64,000 nucleotides of DNA, taken from the NCBI GenBank assembly GCA_035540555.1, contig DATLGJ010000040.1, forward strand, positions 2,656 through 66,655, written 5' to 3'. Of this stretch, positions 1 to 11,722 are shown in pieces. Each line of letters starts with the position of its first letter. The stretch's first letter is position 1. This DNA is from Candidatus Limnocylindrales bacterium (GTDB lineage: Bacteria; Chloroflexota; Limnocylindria; Limnocylindrales; CSP1-4). The notes under the pieces are model-generated. The model had not been told where the DNA came from. It searched no databases and saw only the letters and a program-made list of their open reading frames with translations. The position numbers and the translations under genes are program-made.

Positions 1-394
1 GGCCGCCATAGATCGGCAGGACGCGGAAGCGCATGCGCTCGCCGTAGCGATGGACCGCGTCGGCGACCTGCATCGCCAGCTCGCGCGTGGGCACGAGAAC
101 CAGTGCTGCAATTCGCCCATCGGCGTGGCTCGGGCGGCCGTGTTCCGCAGCGAGTCGGTGGAGGAGGGGCAGCGCGAAGCTGGCCGTCTTGCCGGTGCCG
201 GTCGGCGCCTCCGCGAGCAGGTCGCTGCCCTCCAGCAGGGCTGGGATCGCCTCCCGTTGGATGGGGGTTGGCTCCTCGTAGCCCAGCTCGTCGAGCATGG
301 CCAGCAGGCGTGGGTCAAGGCCAAGGCCGGCAAAGCCGCCCGGGGACGTCGCGGCAACCTGCTCGCTGCGGTCGGCGACCTTCTCGTCGGTCAT
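1..394 (-). CDS. DEAD-box ATP-dependent RNA helicase, N-terminal part (gene continues past the left window edge)
   Basis: Absent from the ORF track because it has no stop inside the window. Manual minus-strand translation from the ATG (rc of 392-394) gives MTDEKVADRSEQVAATSPGGFAGLGLDPRLLAMLDELGYEEPTPIQREAIPALLEGSDLLAEAPTGTGKTASFALPLLHRL...ALVLVPTRELAMQVADAVHRYGE. This carries the Q-motif, Walker A (AxTGTGKT) and motif Ia (PTRELA). Confidence 0.85.
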   Translation of the reverse strand, partial: MTDEKVADRSEQVAATSPGGFAGLGLDPRLLAMLDELGYEEPTPIQREAIPALLEGSDLLAEAPTGTGKTASFALPLLHRLAAEHGRPSHADGRIAALVLVPTRELAMQVADAVHRYGERMRFRVLPIYGG

Positions 395-538
395 CGCCCC
401 ATCGTCGACGATGCACGCACCCGAGCCGCTCAAGCCAGTGGTTGCGCGGGTTTCAGGATGAGCACAGCCAACGCAGCTGACCGGCAGCGGTGGTGTTGAT
501 CGCCGTGTTGCGTGCCGCGCTGGTCGGCTGCTGCGTCT

Positions 539-1771
539 CTAGGCGGGCGCCTGCGCCGGCGCCCTCTCAGCATCGACGAGCGCCTGTTCGGTGATGACGG
601 TGCGGGCTGCCACGAGGGCCATGGTCAGCAGTGCGGCGAGCAGGAATACCGCCGGCAGGCCCACCAGCTCGCCCACCAGGCCGCCTATCAGCGCGCCCAA
701 CGGCTGCGACCCCCACGCGAAGAGCCGATAGGCGGAGTTGACCCGTCCCAGCAGGTGGTCTGGAATGATGCGTTGGCGCAGTGAGACGGTGATCACGTTC
801 CACACCACGACGACCAACCCTGTAAGTGCCCATGCGGCGCCGATGACGATCGGATCGGTCGTGAATGCCGGGACGGCGAAGCCCACGGCCGAGACGAGAA
901 CGCAGCCGAACAGCAGCGGGATGCGGCCGAACCGGCGCTCCAGACGCGCCGCGGCGATCGATCCGATGACGCTGCCCAGCGCGAACGTAGTCGCGAGGAC
1001 GCCGAACTCGGGTTCGGACAGGCCCATCGGTCCGGGTGCGACGGCGTACAGCACGAAGACCGCGAAGATGGCCGCCGAGCCGAGGTTCATCACGCCGACC
1101 ATCAGCGCCAGCGTGCGCAGGACACGGTGCCCGGTCAGGTAGCGCAGCCCCTCGGCAATGTCGGCCGTCAGCCGCTTGGCCGGCCCCTCGCGCCGAGCGC
1201 GAAACGAGCCCACCATCAACGCAAGTCCGAGCGCTGCCACGGCGTACCCGGCCATGCTGCTGCCCAGTGCCAGGGGCACCGAGATGGCGATCAGCAGGCC
1301 GCCGAGCGGGGGCCCCACGAACTGGTTCATGACCAGCTCGACGCCGTACAGCCGACCGTTGGCCAGTGCCAGCTGATCCCTTTCGACGACCGCCGGCATG
1401 ATCGACTGCGAAGACGTGTCGAACAGCGTCTCTCCCACGCCCAGGACCAGGGCGGCGATATAGAGCACCGGCAGCGAGAGCCCGTCGACAAGCGCCAGCA
1501 GCGCGAGCACGGCCATGACCGCGACGCGCAGCAGCTGGACGTTGCGCATCACCAGCCGGCGCTCCAGCCGGTCGGCCAGGGCGCCCGCGATGAGGACGAA
1601 GAACAGCCACGGCAAGCGGCCGGCTATCGCCACGCCCGCGACCAGGAGGGGAGAGTCGGTCAACCTTGCAGCGAGCAGCGGCAGGACAATGAAGAAGATG
1701 CCGTCGGCCAGGTTGGAGATCGCCGACGCACCCCACAAGCGCCAGTAGTTGATCGGGAGACCGAGCCGCAT
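539..1771 (-). CDS. MFS transporter (EntS/macrolide-efflux-like)
   Basis: 410-aa ORF. It is polytopic and hydrophobic throughout, and its N-terminus (NYWRLWGASAISNLADGIFFIVLPLLAARLTDSPLLVAGV) is typical of this MFS subfamily. It is divergent from an ArsR-type regulator. Confidence 0.8.
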   Translation of the reverse strand: MRLGLPINYWRLWGASAISNLADGIFFIVLPLLAARLTDSPLLVAGVAIAGRLPWLFFVLIAGALADRLERRLVMRNVQLLRVAVMAVLALLALVDGLSLPVLYIAALVLGVGETLFDTSSQSIMPAVVERDQLALANGRLYGVELVMNQFVGPPLGGLLIAISVPLALGSSMAGYAVAALGLALMVGSFRARREGPAKRLTADIAEGLRYLTGHRVLRTLALMVGVMNLGSAAIFAVFVLYAVAPGPMGLSEPEFGVLATTFALGSVIGSIAAARLERRFGRIPLLFGCVLVSAVGFAVPAFTTDPIVIGAAWALTGLVVVVWNVITVSLRQRIIPDHLLGRVNSAYRLFAWGSQPLGALIGGLVGELVGLPAVFLLAALLTMALVAARTVITEQALVDAERAPAQAPA

Positions 1772-1788
1772 CGCCTGCTACCCTTCGG

Positions 1789-1854
1789 ACTGATTGAGAG
1801 CTGTCAATGATCAGGCCGGAGTGTCCGCTAACTGATCGACGGTTGTCAATCAGT
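1789..1854. promoter_or_regulatory. Putative operator: repeated ACTGATyGAC half-sites in the MFS/ArsR divergent intergenic region
   Basis: 1831-1854 reads ACTGATCGAC-GGTT-GTCAATCAGT, and the two 10-nt arms match 9/10 as an inverted repeat. 1789-1814 (ACTGATTGAGAGCTGTCAATGATCAG) carries the same half-site in a less regular arrangement. Both lie between the two divergent start codons (1771 and 1884). Confidence 0.4.
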
Positions 1855-1883
1855 CATGTTGATGGTTTCAGAAGAAGGGGACG

Positions 1884-2381
1884 GTGATGGGCAAGCGACC
1901 GGCGACGCAGGCCGAGGCGCGTGCGCTATCGCACCCTCTGCGTCTGCGCATCATTCGCCTCTGCCTGGATCAGCCGCTGACCAACCGCGAGATCGCCCGG
2001 GCGCTCAAGTCGGACCCGGCCACCGTGCTCTACCACGTGCGCACCCTCGAGAAGAACGGCTTCCTCCTGCGCCAGCCGGAGCGCCGCGGCCGACGCGGTT
2101 CGCGCGAGATCCCGTACCTCAGCACGCGCAAGTCGCTCACCCTGGAACTGGGCCTTTCAGCCAGTGGCGAGATCGCGATGGTCGACGCGACGCGCGCCGA
2201 GCTTCTCGAGGCAGGACCTCAGGCGCTGCTGACGATGACCCGATTAGGAGTTCGGCTCAGCCCAGGTGACGTGCTCCGGTTCGTCGGTCGAATCGAGGCC
2301 CTGAGCAGGGACCTCAACGCGGCCGATGGCTCGGGCCAGGAACCCGTCGCGATGCTGGTGCTGATGCATCGGCGAGCGTAG
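1884..2381 (+). CDS. ArsR-family winged-helix transcriptional regulator
   Basis: 165 aa. ALSHPLRLRIIRLCLDQPLTNREIARALKSDPATVLYHVRTLEKNGFL is a canonical ArsR HTH. The start is GTG 1884 or ATG 1887, after AAGGGGA. Confidence 0.8.
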   Translation: MMGKRPATQAEARALSHPLRLRIIRLCLDQPLTNREIARALKSDPATVLYHVRTLEKNGFLLRQPERRGRRGSREIPYLSTRKSLTLELGLSASGEIAMVDATRAELLEAGPQALLTMTRLGVRLSPGDVLRFVGRIEALSRDLNAADGSGQEPVAMLVLMHRRA

Positions 2382-2394
2382 GTTCAACCGCGCG

Positions 2395-5484
<3,090 letters not shown>

Positions 5485-5555
5485 CGATGCTTCCCTCTCC
5501 CACTCGCTCTGACGCCTCTGCGGAATGGCTGCGGCGGCGCCTGCCGTGTCCCCTG

Positions 5556-5584
5556 ACTGTACGACTGGTGTTGCGCACTGTCAA
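5556..5584 (-). promoter_or_regulatory. Putative sigma-70-type promoter of nrdJ
   Basis: The minus strand reads TTGACA (rc of 5579-5584), a 17-nt spacer, then TACAGT (rc of 5556-5561). This lies about 70 nt upstream of the nrdJ ATG. Confidence 0.5.
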
Positions 5585-5592
5585 GGCCAAAA

Positions 5593-5641
5593 CCACAACA
5601 TCTGGTGGCTGGGCACGAATCTGCACCACAACGGCTTGTGT
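5593..5641 (-). promoter_or_regulatory. Two NrdR-box-like 16-bp palindromes just upstream of the nrdJ -35
   Basis: Box 1 is 5593-5608 (CCACAACATCTGGTGG) and box 2 is 5626-5641 (CCACAACGGCTTGTGT). Each matches the published NrdR consensus acaCwAtATaTwGtgt at about 11/16 by eye, with CACAA...TTGTG-type arms. The centres are 33 bp apart, and tandem NrdR boxes are usually about 3 helical turns apart. Confidence 0.5.
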
Positions 5642-5781
5642 TTGCATGCGGGTGACCGTGGCCAGGCTGTGGAGTCCCGGTGGAGTCCCTGGGGACGGTC
5701 GGTGGACGATGATCCCGCTTGCCCGGAAGGCGTACGGTAGCCCCCGACGACCGCTTCCCGCGGTCGCGCTGAAAGGAGTGC

Positions 5782-6105
5782 GTGATGCCCAAATACCTGT
5801 TCATCGGACGCTACAGCCCGGAGGGTGCTCGGGGTGTGCTCAAGGAGGGCGGCACCAAGCGGCGCGAGGCGGCCGAGCAAGTCCTGGCCTCAGTGGGGGG
5901 CCGCTTGGAGTCCATCCACTGGGCGTTTGGCGAAGGCGACTTCTACGTCGTCGCCGACATGCCGGACAACGTCGCCGCCTCGGCAGCGGCGCTGCGGGTC
6001 GCCGCCTCGGGTGCGGTCGGCATCAAGACGGTCGTGCTGATGACAGCGGACGAGGTGGATCAGGCCACGCAGCGATCTGCGGAGTACCGCCCGCCGGGCG
6101 GCTGA
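5782..6105 (+). CDS. GYD domain-containing protein
   Basis: 107 aa. MPKYLFIGRYSPEGARGVLKEGGTKRREAAEQVLASVGGRLESIHWAFGEGDFYVVADMPDNVAA matches the GYD family pattern. The SD is AAAGGAG. Confidence 0.8.
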   Translation: MMPKYLFIGRYSPEGARGVLKEGGTKRREAAEQVLASVGGRLESIHWAFGEGDFYVVADMPDNVAASAAALRVAASGAVGIKTVVLMTADEVDQATQRSAEYRPPGG

Positions 6106-6142
6106 CCGCCGCCCTCTACGAGCGGCGAGCGACGCCGTCAGC

Positions 6143-7099
6143 TCAGGGCGTTTGCACCGCGAACGTGTCGCACTCGCCCGGGTCGCCGCTTCGATAGCCG
6201 GTGCTGAACCAGCGCTGTCGCTGGTCGGACGAGCCGTGCGTCCAGTTCTCCGGCGTGACTCTTCCACCGGCACGTTCCTGGATGCGGTCGTCACCGACCG
6301 CCGCCGCGGCGTCCAGCGCCTGGGCAATATCCGACTGGGACAGCGGCTCGATGAACTCGGTGTCGACGGCGTTGGCCGCCCACACGCCGGCATAGCAGTC
6401 GGCCTGCAGCTCGACCCGAACGGCGTTGCTGTCGGGCCCGGTGTCGCCGTCTCGCGCGCGACCGAGCGTGCCGGTCAGGTTCTGGACGTGGTGCCCGTAC
6501 TCGTGGGCGAGCACGTAGGCCACGGCCAGCGGCCCGCCCTCGGCGCCGAAGCGCGTGCGCAGCTGCTCGAAGAACCCGAGGTCAAGGTAGACGCCATGGT
6601 CGGCCGGGCAGTAGAACGGCCCCACCCGTGGATCAGCCGAGCCGCAACCCGTCTGCACCACGCCATCGAAGATCGTCGTCGTCGCCGGCTGGTATGTCCG
6701 GTCCGATGCTTCGAAGACATCGGTCCAGTACGCCTGGATGCTGTTTACGAAGCCGACCACGGCGCAGTCGCTTCGGCGGTTGGCGTCTTCACCCGTCCGG
6801 CACTCGCGTTCGAGCGTGTCGCCGCCGCGGGCGTCCTCCATCGGGTACGCGCCGAGGCCCGCATTCCCGCCCCCGAGCCCGCCGTCGAGCACGCCACTGA
6901 ACAGGACGAAGACGACGACCAGCAGGAGGATTCCGCCGAGGCCTCCGCCGATGGGCAACGGCAGCGGCATCCCGCCGCCGCGTCGGCCCCCGCCTCCTCC
7001 GAGGCCGCCGGGAAAGCCGAAGCCACGACCCCCTCCGCCGCGTCCTCGGAGGTCGCGCACCTGGCCCGGGTTGAGCCGGGCGCCACGCCGGAAGGTCAT
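6143..7099 (-). CDS. Neutral zinc metallopeptidase (YpfJ / PF04228-like)
   Basis: 318 aa. It has a Gly/Arg-rich N-terminus, one TM segment, an HEYGHHVQ zinc motif, and the characteristic C-terminal GDDRIQ...[13 protein letters not shown]. Confidence 0.8.
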   Translation of the reverse strand: MTFRRGARLNPGQVRDLRGRGGGGRGFGFPGGLGGGGGRRGGGMPLPLPIGGGLGGILLLVVVFVLFSGVLDGGLGGGNAGLGAYPMEDARGGDTLERECRTGEDANRRSDCAVVGFVNSIQAYWTDVFEASDRTYQPATTTIFDGVVQTGCGSADPRVGPFYCPADHGVYLDLGFFEQLRTRFGAEGGPLAVAYVLAHEYGHHVQNLTGTLGRARDGDTGPDSNAVRVELQADCYAGVWAANAVDTEFIEPLSQSDIAQALDAAAAVGDDRIQERAGGRVTPENWTHGSSDQRQRWFSTGYRSGDPGECDTFAVQTP

Positions 7100-7157
7100 T
7101 GTCGGGGGTCCACGGGGCGCCGCACGAGAGCGGCATGACTGTTCATCCGCCCGGATT

Positions 7158-7205
7158 ATCGGGCACCCTCTGCCGACTCCGCCAAGTAGCAGGGTGCTGC
7201 CCGAT
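7158..7205 (-). terminator. Hairpin downstream of the phosphofructokinase gene (possible intrinsic terminator, no U-tract)
   Basis: ATCGGGCACCCT (7158-7169) pairs with AGGGTGCTGCCCGAT (7191-7205) with a 3-nt bulge. It lies between the pfk stop (7251) and the next gene. Confidence 0.25.
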
Positions 7206-7250
7206 CTTGCGCGCGCGCGCCAGTTACCGGCCCTCGCCGAACACCGTGGA

Positions 7251-8450
7251 CTACGTCACCCCAACCGGGGAACCGACGCTCGCGCCCAGCAACAACGGCC
7301 GTCCGAGGCGGTCGTGGTACTGCGGACGAAACCGTTCGATGTCGTACATCGTGGCCACGTCGACCTTGCGCGGGTTTCCCGGCTCGGGGATGGGCACGTG
7401 GGCGTATTTGCCGTCAACGATGGCCATCATCCGGCCCTTGATCCCGCCGTCGCGAATCAGGTCAACGGCGATGTTGGCAAAGGTGATCGAAACCATCTGG
7501 TCGAGCGAATCAGCCTCACCCGAACGGAGGTCATAGGTCAGCTCGGAGTTCACGGCCTCCTCACCCGTGCGCTGCTTGATCTGCTCGGCCAGCGCGAAGC
7601 CGACGTCGACCTTGCGCCGGTGGCCGTAGGCATCGGCCTCGCCGAACTCGGCCAGCTGGCCACCCTCCCACATGGCCCCTTCGGAGGCAATCACGATGGC
7701 GTAGCGCGACGGGTTGGCGCGCTTGTCCTCGAGGAGAACGTCCAGCAGGCGCTCCAGCTTGAACGGAGCCTCCGGGATGACGCAGCGGGCGGAGGTTACA
7801 TAAGCGGTATACAGGGCGCTGAAGCCGGCGTCGCGGCCGAAGATCCGGAACACCCCGATCCGCTCATGCGACCCGAGCGTCGAGCGCTGGCGGTTGATGG
7901 CGTCCTTTGCCCGCGTGATCGCCGTCGAGAAGCCGATGCAGTACTCGGTGCCCTGGACGTCGTTGTCCATCGTCTTGGGGATCGCGATGAGCGGCACGCC
8001 GTGGCCGTCGAGCACCTTCGAGTAGGAAAGCGTGTCGTCACCGCCGATGGTGATGAGGTAGTCGAGCCCGAGCGAGCTGATGTTGTCGAGCACCAGCGGG
8101 GTCAGGTCATAGAGGTCGTCGGAGACCTGGAAGCGGTCTGCCTGGTCGGGGGGCAAATGGGGCGGAAGCCGCCGTGCCTTCGTCTTCGAGGGGTTGGTGC
8201 GCGAGGTATGCAGCATCGTGCCGCCGGTGCGGTCGATCGTCCGTGTGTTGTTGCGGTCCAGGCGCACGAGGTACTCGCGGTCCAGCTCGGCGCCGGCGCG
8301 CATGTGGGTCAGGCCCTCCCAGCCGCGCCGGATGCCGATCACCTCGCAGCCGATCTCGGTCGCGTTGTAGACGACGCTTTTGATGACCGGGTTCAGGCCG
8401 GGGACGTCGCCGCCGCCCGTCAGGATGCCGATGCGTCGGGTGTCGGGCAC
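7251..8450 (-). CDS. pfkA: 6-phosphofructokinase; diagnostic residues suggest PPi dependence
   Basis: 399 aa. It has [26 protein letters not shown] and IPKTMDNDV motifs. The Asp in GGDD and the Lys in PKT occupy the positions (E. coli G104/G124) that usually separate PPi-PFK from ATP-PFK. GTG start, SD AAGGAG. Confidence 0.9.
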   Translation of the reverse strand: MPDTRRIGILTGGGDVPGLNPVIKSVVYNATEIGCEVIGIRRGWEGLTHMRAGAELDREYLVRLDRNNTRTIDRTGGTMLHTSRTNPSKTKARRLPPHLPPDQADRFQVSDDLYDLTPLVLDNISSLGLDYLITIGGDDTLSYSKVLDGHGVPLIAIPKTMDNDVQGTEYCIGFSTAITRAKDAINRQRSTLGSHERIGVFRIFGRDAGFSALYTAYVTSARCVIPEAPFKLERLLDVLLEDKRANPSRYAIVIASEGAMWEGGQLAEFGEADAYGHRRKVDVGFALAEQIKQRTGEEAVNSELTYDLRSGEADSLDQMVSITFANIAVDLIRDGGIKGRMMAIVDGKYAHVPIPEPGNPRKVDVATMYDIERFRPQYHDRLGRPLLLGASVGSPVGVT

Positions 8451-8497
8451 GTGATGAGGCTCCTTGCTGCGAGGCTATGAGGCTCGCGTGGTGCGAC

Positions 8498-9412
8498 CTA
8501 CAGGCCGCTGTACGAATGAAGTCCGCTGAAGAACAGGTTCCCGAAAAGGGTGAACAGGACAGCACCGAAGCCGACAACCAGGATCAGCGCCGACGGCCGG
8601 CCCGCCCAGCCCCTCTGGCTGCGTGCATGCAGGTAGACCGCGTAGATGAGCCAGGTGACCAGTGCCGAGGTCTCCTTCGGATCCCAGCCCCAGTAGCGGC
8701 CCCAGGCGATCGAGGCCCACAGCGAGCCGAGGATGATCATCGTGGCGAAGATGGGGAAGCCGATGATGACGGCGCGGTACGCGACCTCGTCGAGGATCTT
8801 CGCGGGCGGCAGCCACGAAACGCGGTTCTCGCGGCCCTGGACCAGATATCCCACGGCGGCCCCGAAGCTGACGGCCAGGATCCCATACGACAGCATCGCC
8901 ATGCCGACGTGGACCGTCAGAAGCTGTGGGTTTTGCAGCGCTGGTACGAGTGGGGTGATCTGGTGGGGCAGCGTGAACGCGTAGACGAGCAGGAACAGGG
9001 CAACGCCCACGGGCAGGAAGCCGATGGTGCGGATCGGGTAACGCCGCCCGAGCAGCAGGTAGGCGAGCAGGATGCCGAAGGCGAAGGCGACGCTGAACTC
9101 GTACATGTTGCCCCACGGCCCGCGGCCGACGACCAGGCCGCGGAAGAGCATTCCCAGGCCGATCATCGCGAAGCCAGCCCAGGCAAGCCCCTGCCCGATG
9201 CTGCCGGCCGGCGTTGGGCTGGTGCTGCTCAAAGGTCCGCCGACGGTGGCACCGGCGGGGCTCGTGATACGGCCGACGCCGGCCGCCGCGAGCTCGCGCG
9301 CCGGCACCCGTGCGCCGAGCGCCAGCAGGCTCGTGTGGACGACCAGCAGCACGAACGAGATGCCGACAGCCACGCTGCCTCCGTCGACCAGGTAGTAGGA
9401 CAGTTTCTCCAT
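8498..9412 (-). CDS. ccsA: Cytochrome c biogenesis protein CcsA/ResC (System II heme handling)
   Basis: 304 aa, polytopic, with the WWD-type motif WGRYWGWDPKETSALVTWLIYAVYLH. Confidence 0.85.
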   Translation of the reverse strand: MEKLSYYLVDGGSVAVGISFVLLVVHTSLLALGARVPARELAAAGVGRITSPAGATVGGPLSSTSPTPAGSIGQGLAWAGFAMIGLGMLFRGLVVGRGPWGNMYEFSVAFAFGILLAYLLLGRRYPIRTIGFLPVGVALFLLVYAFTLPHQITPLVPALQNPQLLTVHVGMAMLSYGILAVSFGAAVGYLVQGRENRVSWLPPAKILDEVAYRAVIIGFPIFATMIILGSLWASIAWGRYWGWDPKETSALVTWLIYAVYLHARSQRGWAGRPSALILVVGFGAVLFTLFGNLFFSGLHSYSGL

Positions 9413-9438
9413 CAGATCCTCAACGCGCTAAGCCGACG

Positions 9439-9924
9439 TCAGGCGATCGCGGCGCCACCCTCAGGCGGGTGGCCGCGGCGGCGCACCGCCACCGGCGCCA
9501 GCGACGCGCCCAGCTGGTAGCGGGTTCCGCAGACACGGCACAGCTGCTGGCTGGCGACGCGGGCGTTGTCGTCGACCGGGCAGCGCACGAGCAGCTCGCC
9601 GCCGTCGACGTCACAGGTACGGGCGGTGGCCGGGTAAATCAGCGCATGTGGGGCGCAGTACGGCACGTTGGCCGGAAAGGTTGGCTGGCCGTCCTCGCCG
9701 ATCGGCGCCGGCGTTGGCTCCGGCTCCTCCGTGCGCACGCGCCCGCGGCGCCCTGTGATCAGGTGGTACAGCCAGTACAGCGCGAGGAGGCTGAGGACCG
9801 GTCCGGTCAGCCCGAGGATGACCAGGATGGGCAGCAGGCCGATGACCCCGCCCCAGTCGGGCAGCAGGATCGTCGAGAGCCACTCCAGGAAGGCGGACCC
9901 GGGGTCCATCGGCTGCTCTGGCAC
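9439..9924 (-). CDS. Hypothetical membrane protein with a Cys-rich (zinc-ribbon-like) C-terminal domain
   Basis: 161 aa. It has TM helices (GVIGLLPILVILGLTGPVLSLLALYWLY) and then the Cys pattern YCAPH...CDVDGGELLVRC...CRVCG. It ends 26 nt upstream of ccsA on the same strand. No family was recognised. Confidence 0.5.
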   Translation of the reverse strand: MPEQPMDPGSAFLEWLSTILLPDWGGVIGLLPILVILGLTGPVLSLLALYWLYHLITGRRGRVRTEEPEPTPAPIGEDGQPTFPANVPYCAPHALIYPATARTCDVDGGELLVRCPVDDNARVASQQLCRVCGTRYQLGASLAPVAVRRRGHPPEGGAAIA

Positions 9925-9999
9925 GGGGCCATGATAGGCCGGTCGCGCGAGAGGCGGTCGGCCGACCTGTTGCCAGGCCGTGGTGTGACCGCCTGGAGA

Positions 10000-11082
10000 T
10001 CAGCTCTTCCCGTTCGAGCCCTTCGAGCCGGCCGAGCCGTCGCCGCCGCCACGCCCGCGGCGCAGGGAGCGAGCGGCCACCAGCGCCGCACCGATGCCCG
10101 ACGCGACCGCTGCCGTCGCGGTCACCCAGTAGCGATTACGGTCGTACCACCAGTAGGGGCTGGTGTCGCGCGCCTCATCGTCGAAGACGCCGTGTGCGCC
10201 GTGGTCGTAGTCGTCGTCGACCGGCTGGAAGAGGTTGTCGGGCCGGCTGGTGTCGAGCGGCTCGTCGGTCATCTGGCCGTCCCAGGCGGTGGTGATGTAC
10301 TGGTCCATGATCGCCGGCGCAAGCTTGTGACCGAAGATGGCCGCCGCGGTTGACGCGGTCAGGTGGATCTCGCGCCGGTCATTGTCGACCGCCCACAGCA
10401 CCGCTTCGGCGGCCAGCTCGGGCTGGAAGATCGGCGGCACCGGCTGGGCCTCCTTGGGCAGCTTGCTGCGCACCCAGCGGAACTGGGGAGTGTTGACCGC
10501 CGGCAGGTGGACGGCCGAGATCTTGATCTCGCTCTGCTCGTGAAGCAGCTCCGAGCGGATCGAGTCGGTGAAGCCGACGATGGCCGCCTTGGCGCCACAG
10601 TAGGCCGACTGCAGCGGGATGCTCCGATAGGCCAGCGCGGACCCGACCATCACGATGGTGCCGCGACCGCGCGGGCGCATGTGGCGCAGCGCCGCGTAGG
10701 TGCCGTAGACGTAGCCGAGATAGGTCACCTCGGTGACCCGACGGAACTCGTCAGGCTCGATCTTCCAGAAGGGGGCGAAGACCGAGGTCATCACGTTGTT
10801 GACCCAGATATCGATCGGGCCGAGCTCGCGCTCGGTGCGCTCGGCGGCGTCGAGCATCGCCTGGGCGTCGGCCACGTCGGCGTTGATCGCGATGGCACGC
10901 ACGCCGCGTTGCTCGGCTTCTCGCTGGGCGGCCTCCAATCCGGCACGGCCACGGGCGATCAGGGCCAGGTCGTGGCCCTCGTCCGCGAACGCTCGGGCGA
11001 TCGCGCGACCCACACCGGCCGAAGCGCCGGTGATCACTACAACCTTGTTCTCGTTCATGGGACCAGTCTCGATCAGGCGCAC
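10000..11082 (-). CDS. SDR-family oxidoreductase with a C-terminal membrane-anchor extension
   Basis: It has VVVITGASAGVGRAIARAF (TGxxxGxG), the Y-x3-K region YCGAKAA, and a C-terminal hydrophobic segment followed by a Gly/Ser tail. The start may be ATG 11058 (MNENKVVVITG) rather than 11082. Confidence 0.85.
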   Translation of the reverse strand: MRLIETGPMNENKVVVITGASAGVGRAIARAFADEGHDLALIARGRAGLEAAQREAEQRGVRAIAINADVADAQAMLDAAERTERELGPIDIWVNNVMTSVFAPFWKIEPDEFRRVTEVTYLGYVYGTYAALRHMRPRGRGTIVMVGSALAYRSIPLQSAYCGAKAAIVGFTDSIRSELLHEQSEIKISAVHLPAVNTPQFRWVRSKLPKEAQPVPPIFQPELAAEAVLWAVDNDRREIHLTASTAAAIFGHKLAPAIMDQYITTAWDGQMTDEPLDTSRPDNLFQPVDDDYDHGAHGVFDDEARDTSPYWWYDRNRYWVTATAAVASGIGAALVAARSLRRGRGGGDGSAGSKGSNGKS

Positions 11083-11135
11083 TTTCGCGGGGTCGCGCCG
11101 GGGCTGAGCCGCCCGTGTCGGGGACGTAGCAGCGG

Positions 11136-11705
11136 CTAGCCGCTGCGCGGCTGGTGGCCGCGCCGAGGATTGCGCCGTGGGTTTCCTTTCTTGCGCGTCG
11201 CCCCCCGACCGGGCCGCCAGCCATCCGGCTCGTCGGGCTCCTCGATCGCCGCGTCACCCGGTGCGGCTGTTGCCTGACCGGCCGGTGCCCGCGCCGGCGG
11301 CCGGCGGCTGCCCATCAGTCCCTGCAGCCAGTCGAGGCGGCGGCCCTGGCAGCCCGCCATGCGGGCGCGGTCGCGCAGCGCGCGATCGTCGCTGATCACC
11401 ACCACGCCCGCCCGCGCGACCGGTGAATGCGCCATCGCCAGCTGGATGATCAGGTCATCGGCAGAGCGCGAGCCGGCGTGCCGCAGGTCCAGGCGCGGGC
11501 TGACCTTCTGCACCGCGCGGCTGCCCGGCGCGGGGTGGCCGTCGAGCACGACGGTGGTGTGGATCGGTTCGCGGACGGCCGACTGGAGGCGCGCCAGCAG
11601 GCTGCGGACGGGGCCGGCCCCCGGGCCGCCGGCCTCGCGATGAAGCAGGTTGTTGCCGTCGACCAGCAGCAGCTCAACGCCGGTCAGCGCATCGCGTTGG
11701 CTCAC
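11136..11705 (-). CDS. NYN/YacP-like (PIN-fold) RNA-binding/ribonuclease-family protein
   Basis: 189 aa. LLLVDGNNLLH...VVLDGHP...DDLIIQL...VVVISDDRALRDRAR fits the YacP-like NYN pattern, and the C-terminal tail is basic (RKKGNPRRNPRRG). GTG start. Confidence 0.7.
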   Translation of the reverse strand: MSQRDALTGVELLLVDGNNLLHREAGGPGAGPVRSLLARLQSAVREPIHTTVVLDGHPAPGSRAVQKVSPRLDLRHAGSRSADDLIIQLAMAHSPVARAGVVVISDDRALRDRARMAGCQGRRLDWLQGLMGSRRPPARAPAGQATAAPGDAAIEEPDEPDGWRPGRGATRKKGNPRRNPRRGHQPRSG

Positions 11706-11722
11706 TGCCCTACCATCCGCGC

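Noticed and set aside
5485-5781. A possible cobalamin riboswitch in the 297-nt region upstream of the B12-dependent nrdJ, plus an 11-bp tandem direct repeat TGGAGTCCC(G/T)G x2 at 5670-5691.
   Set aside because: No B12-box (GCCACTG-like) or other conserved riboswitch core is visible on either strand. B12 riboswitches typically control the B12-independent RNRs, not nrdJ. The 11-bp duplication is too short to separate from chance. Promoter and NrdR-like boxes explain the region better.
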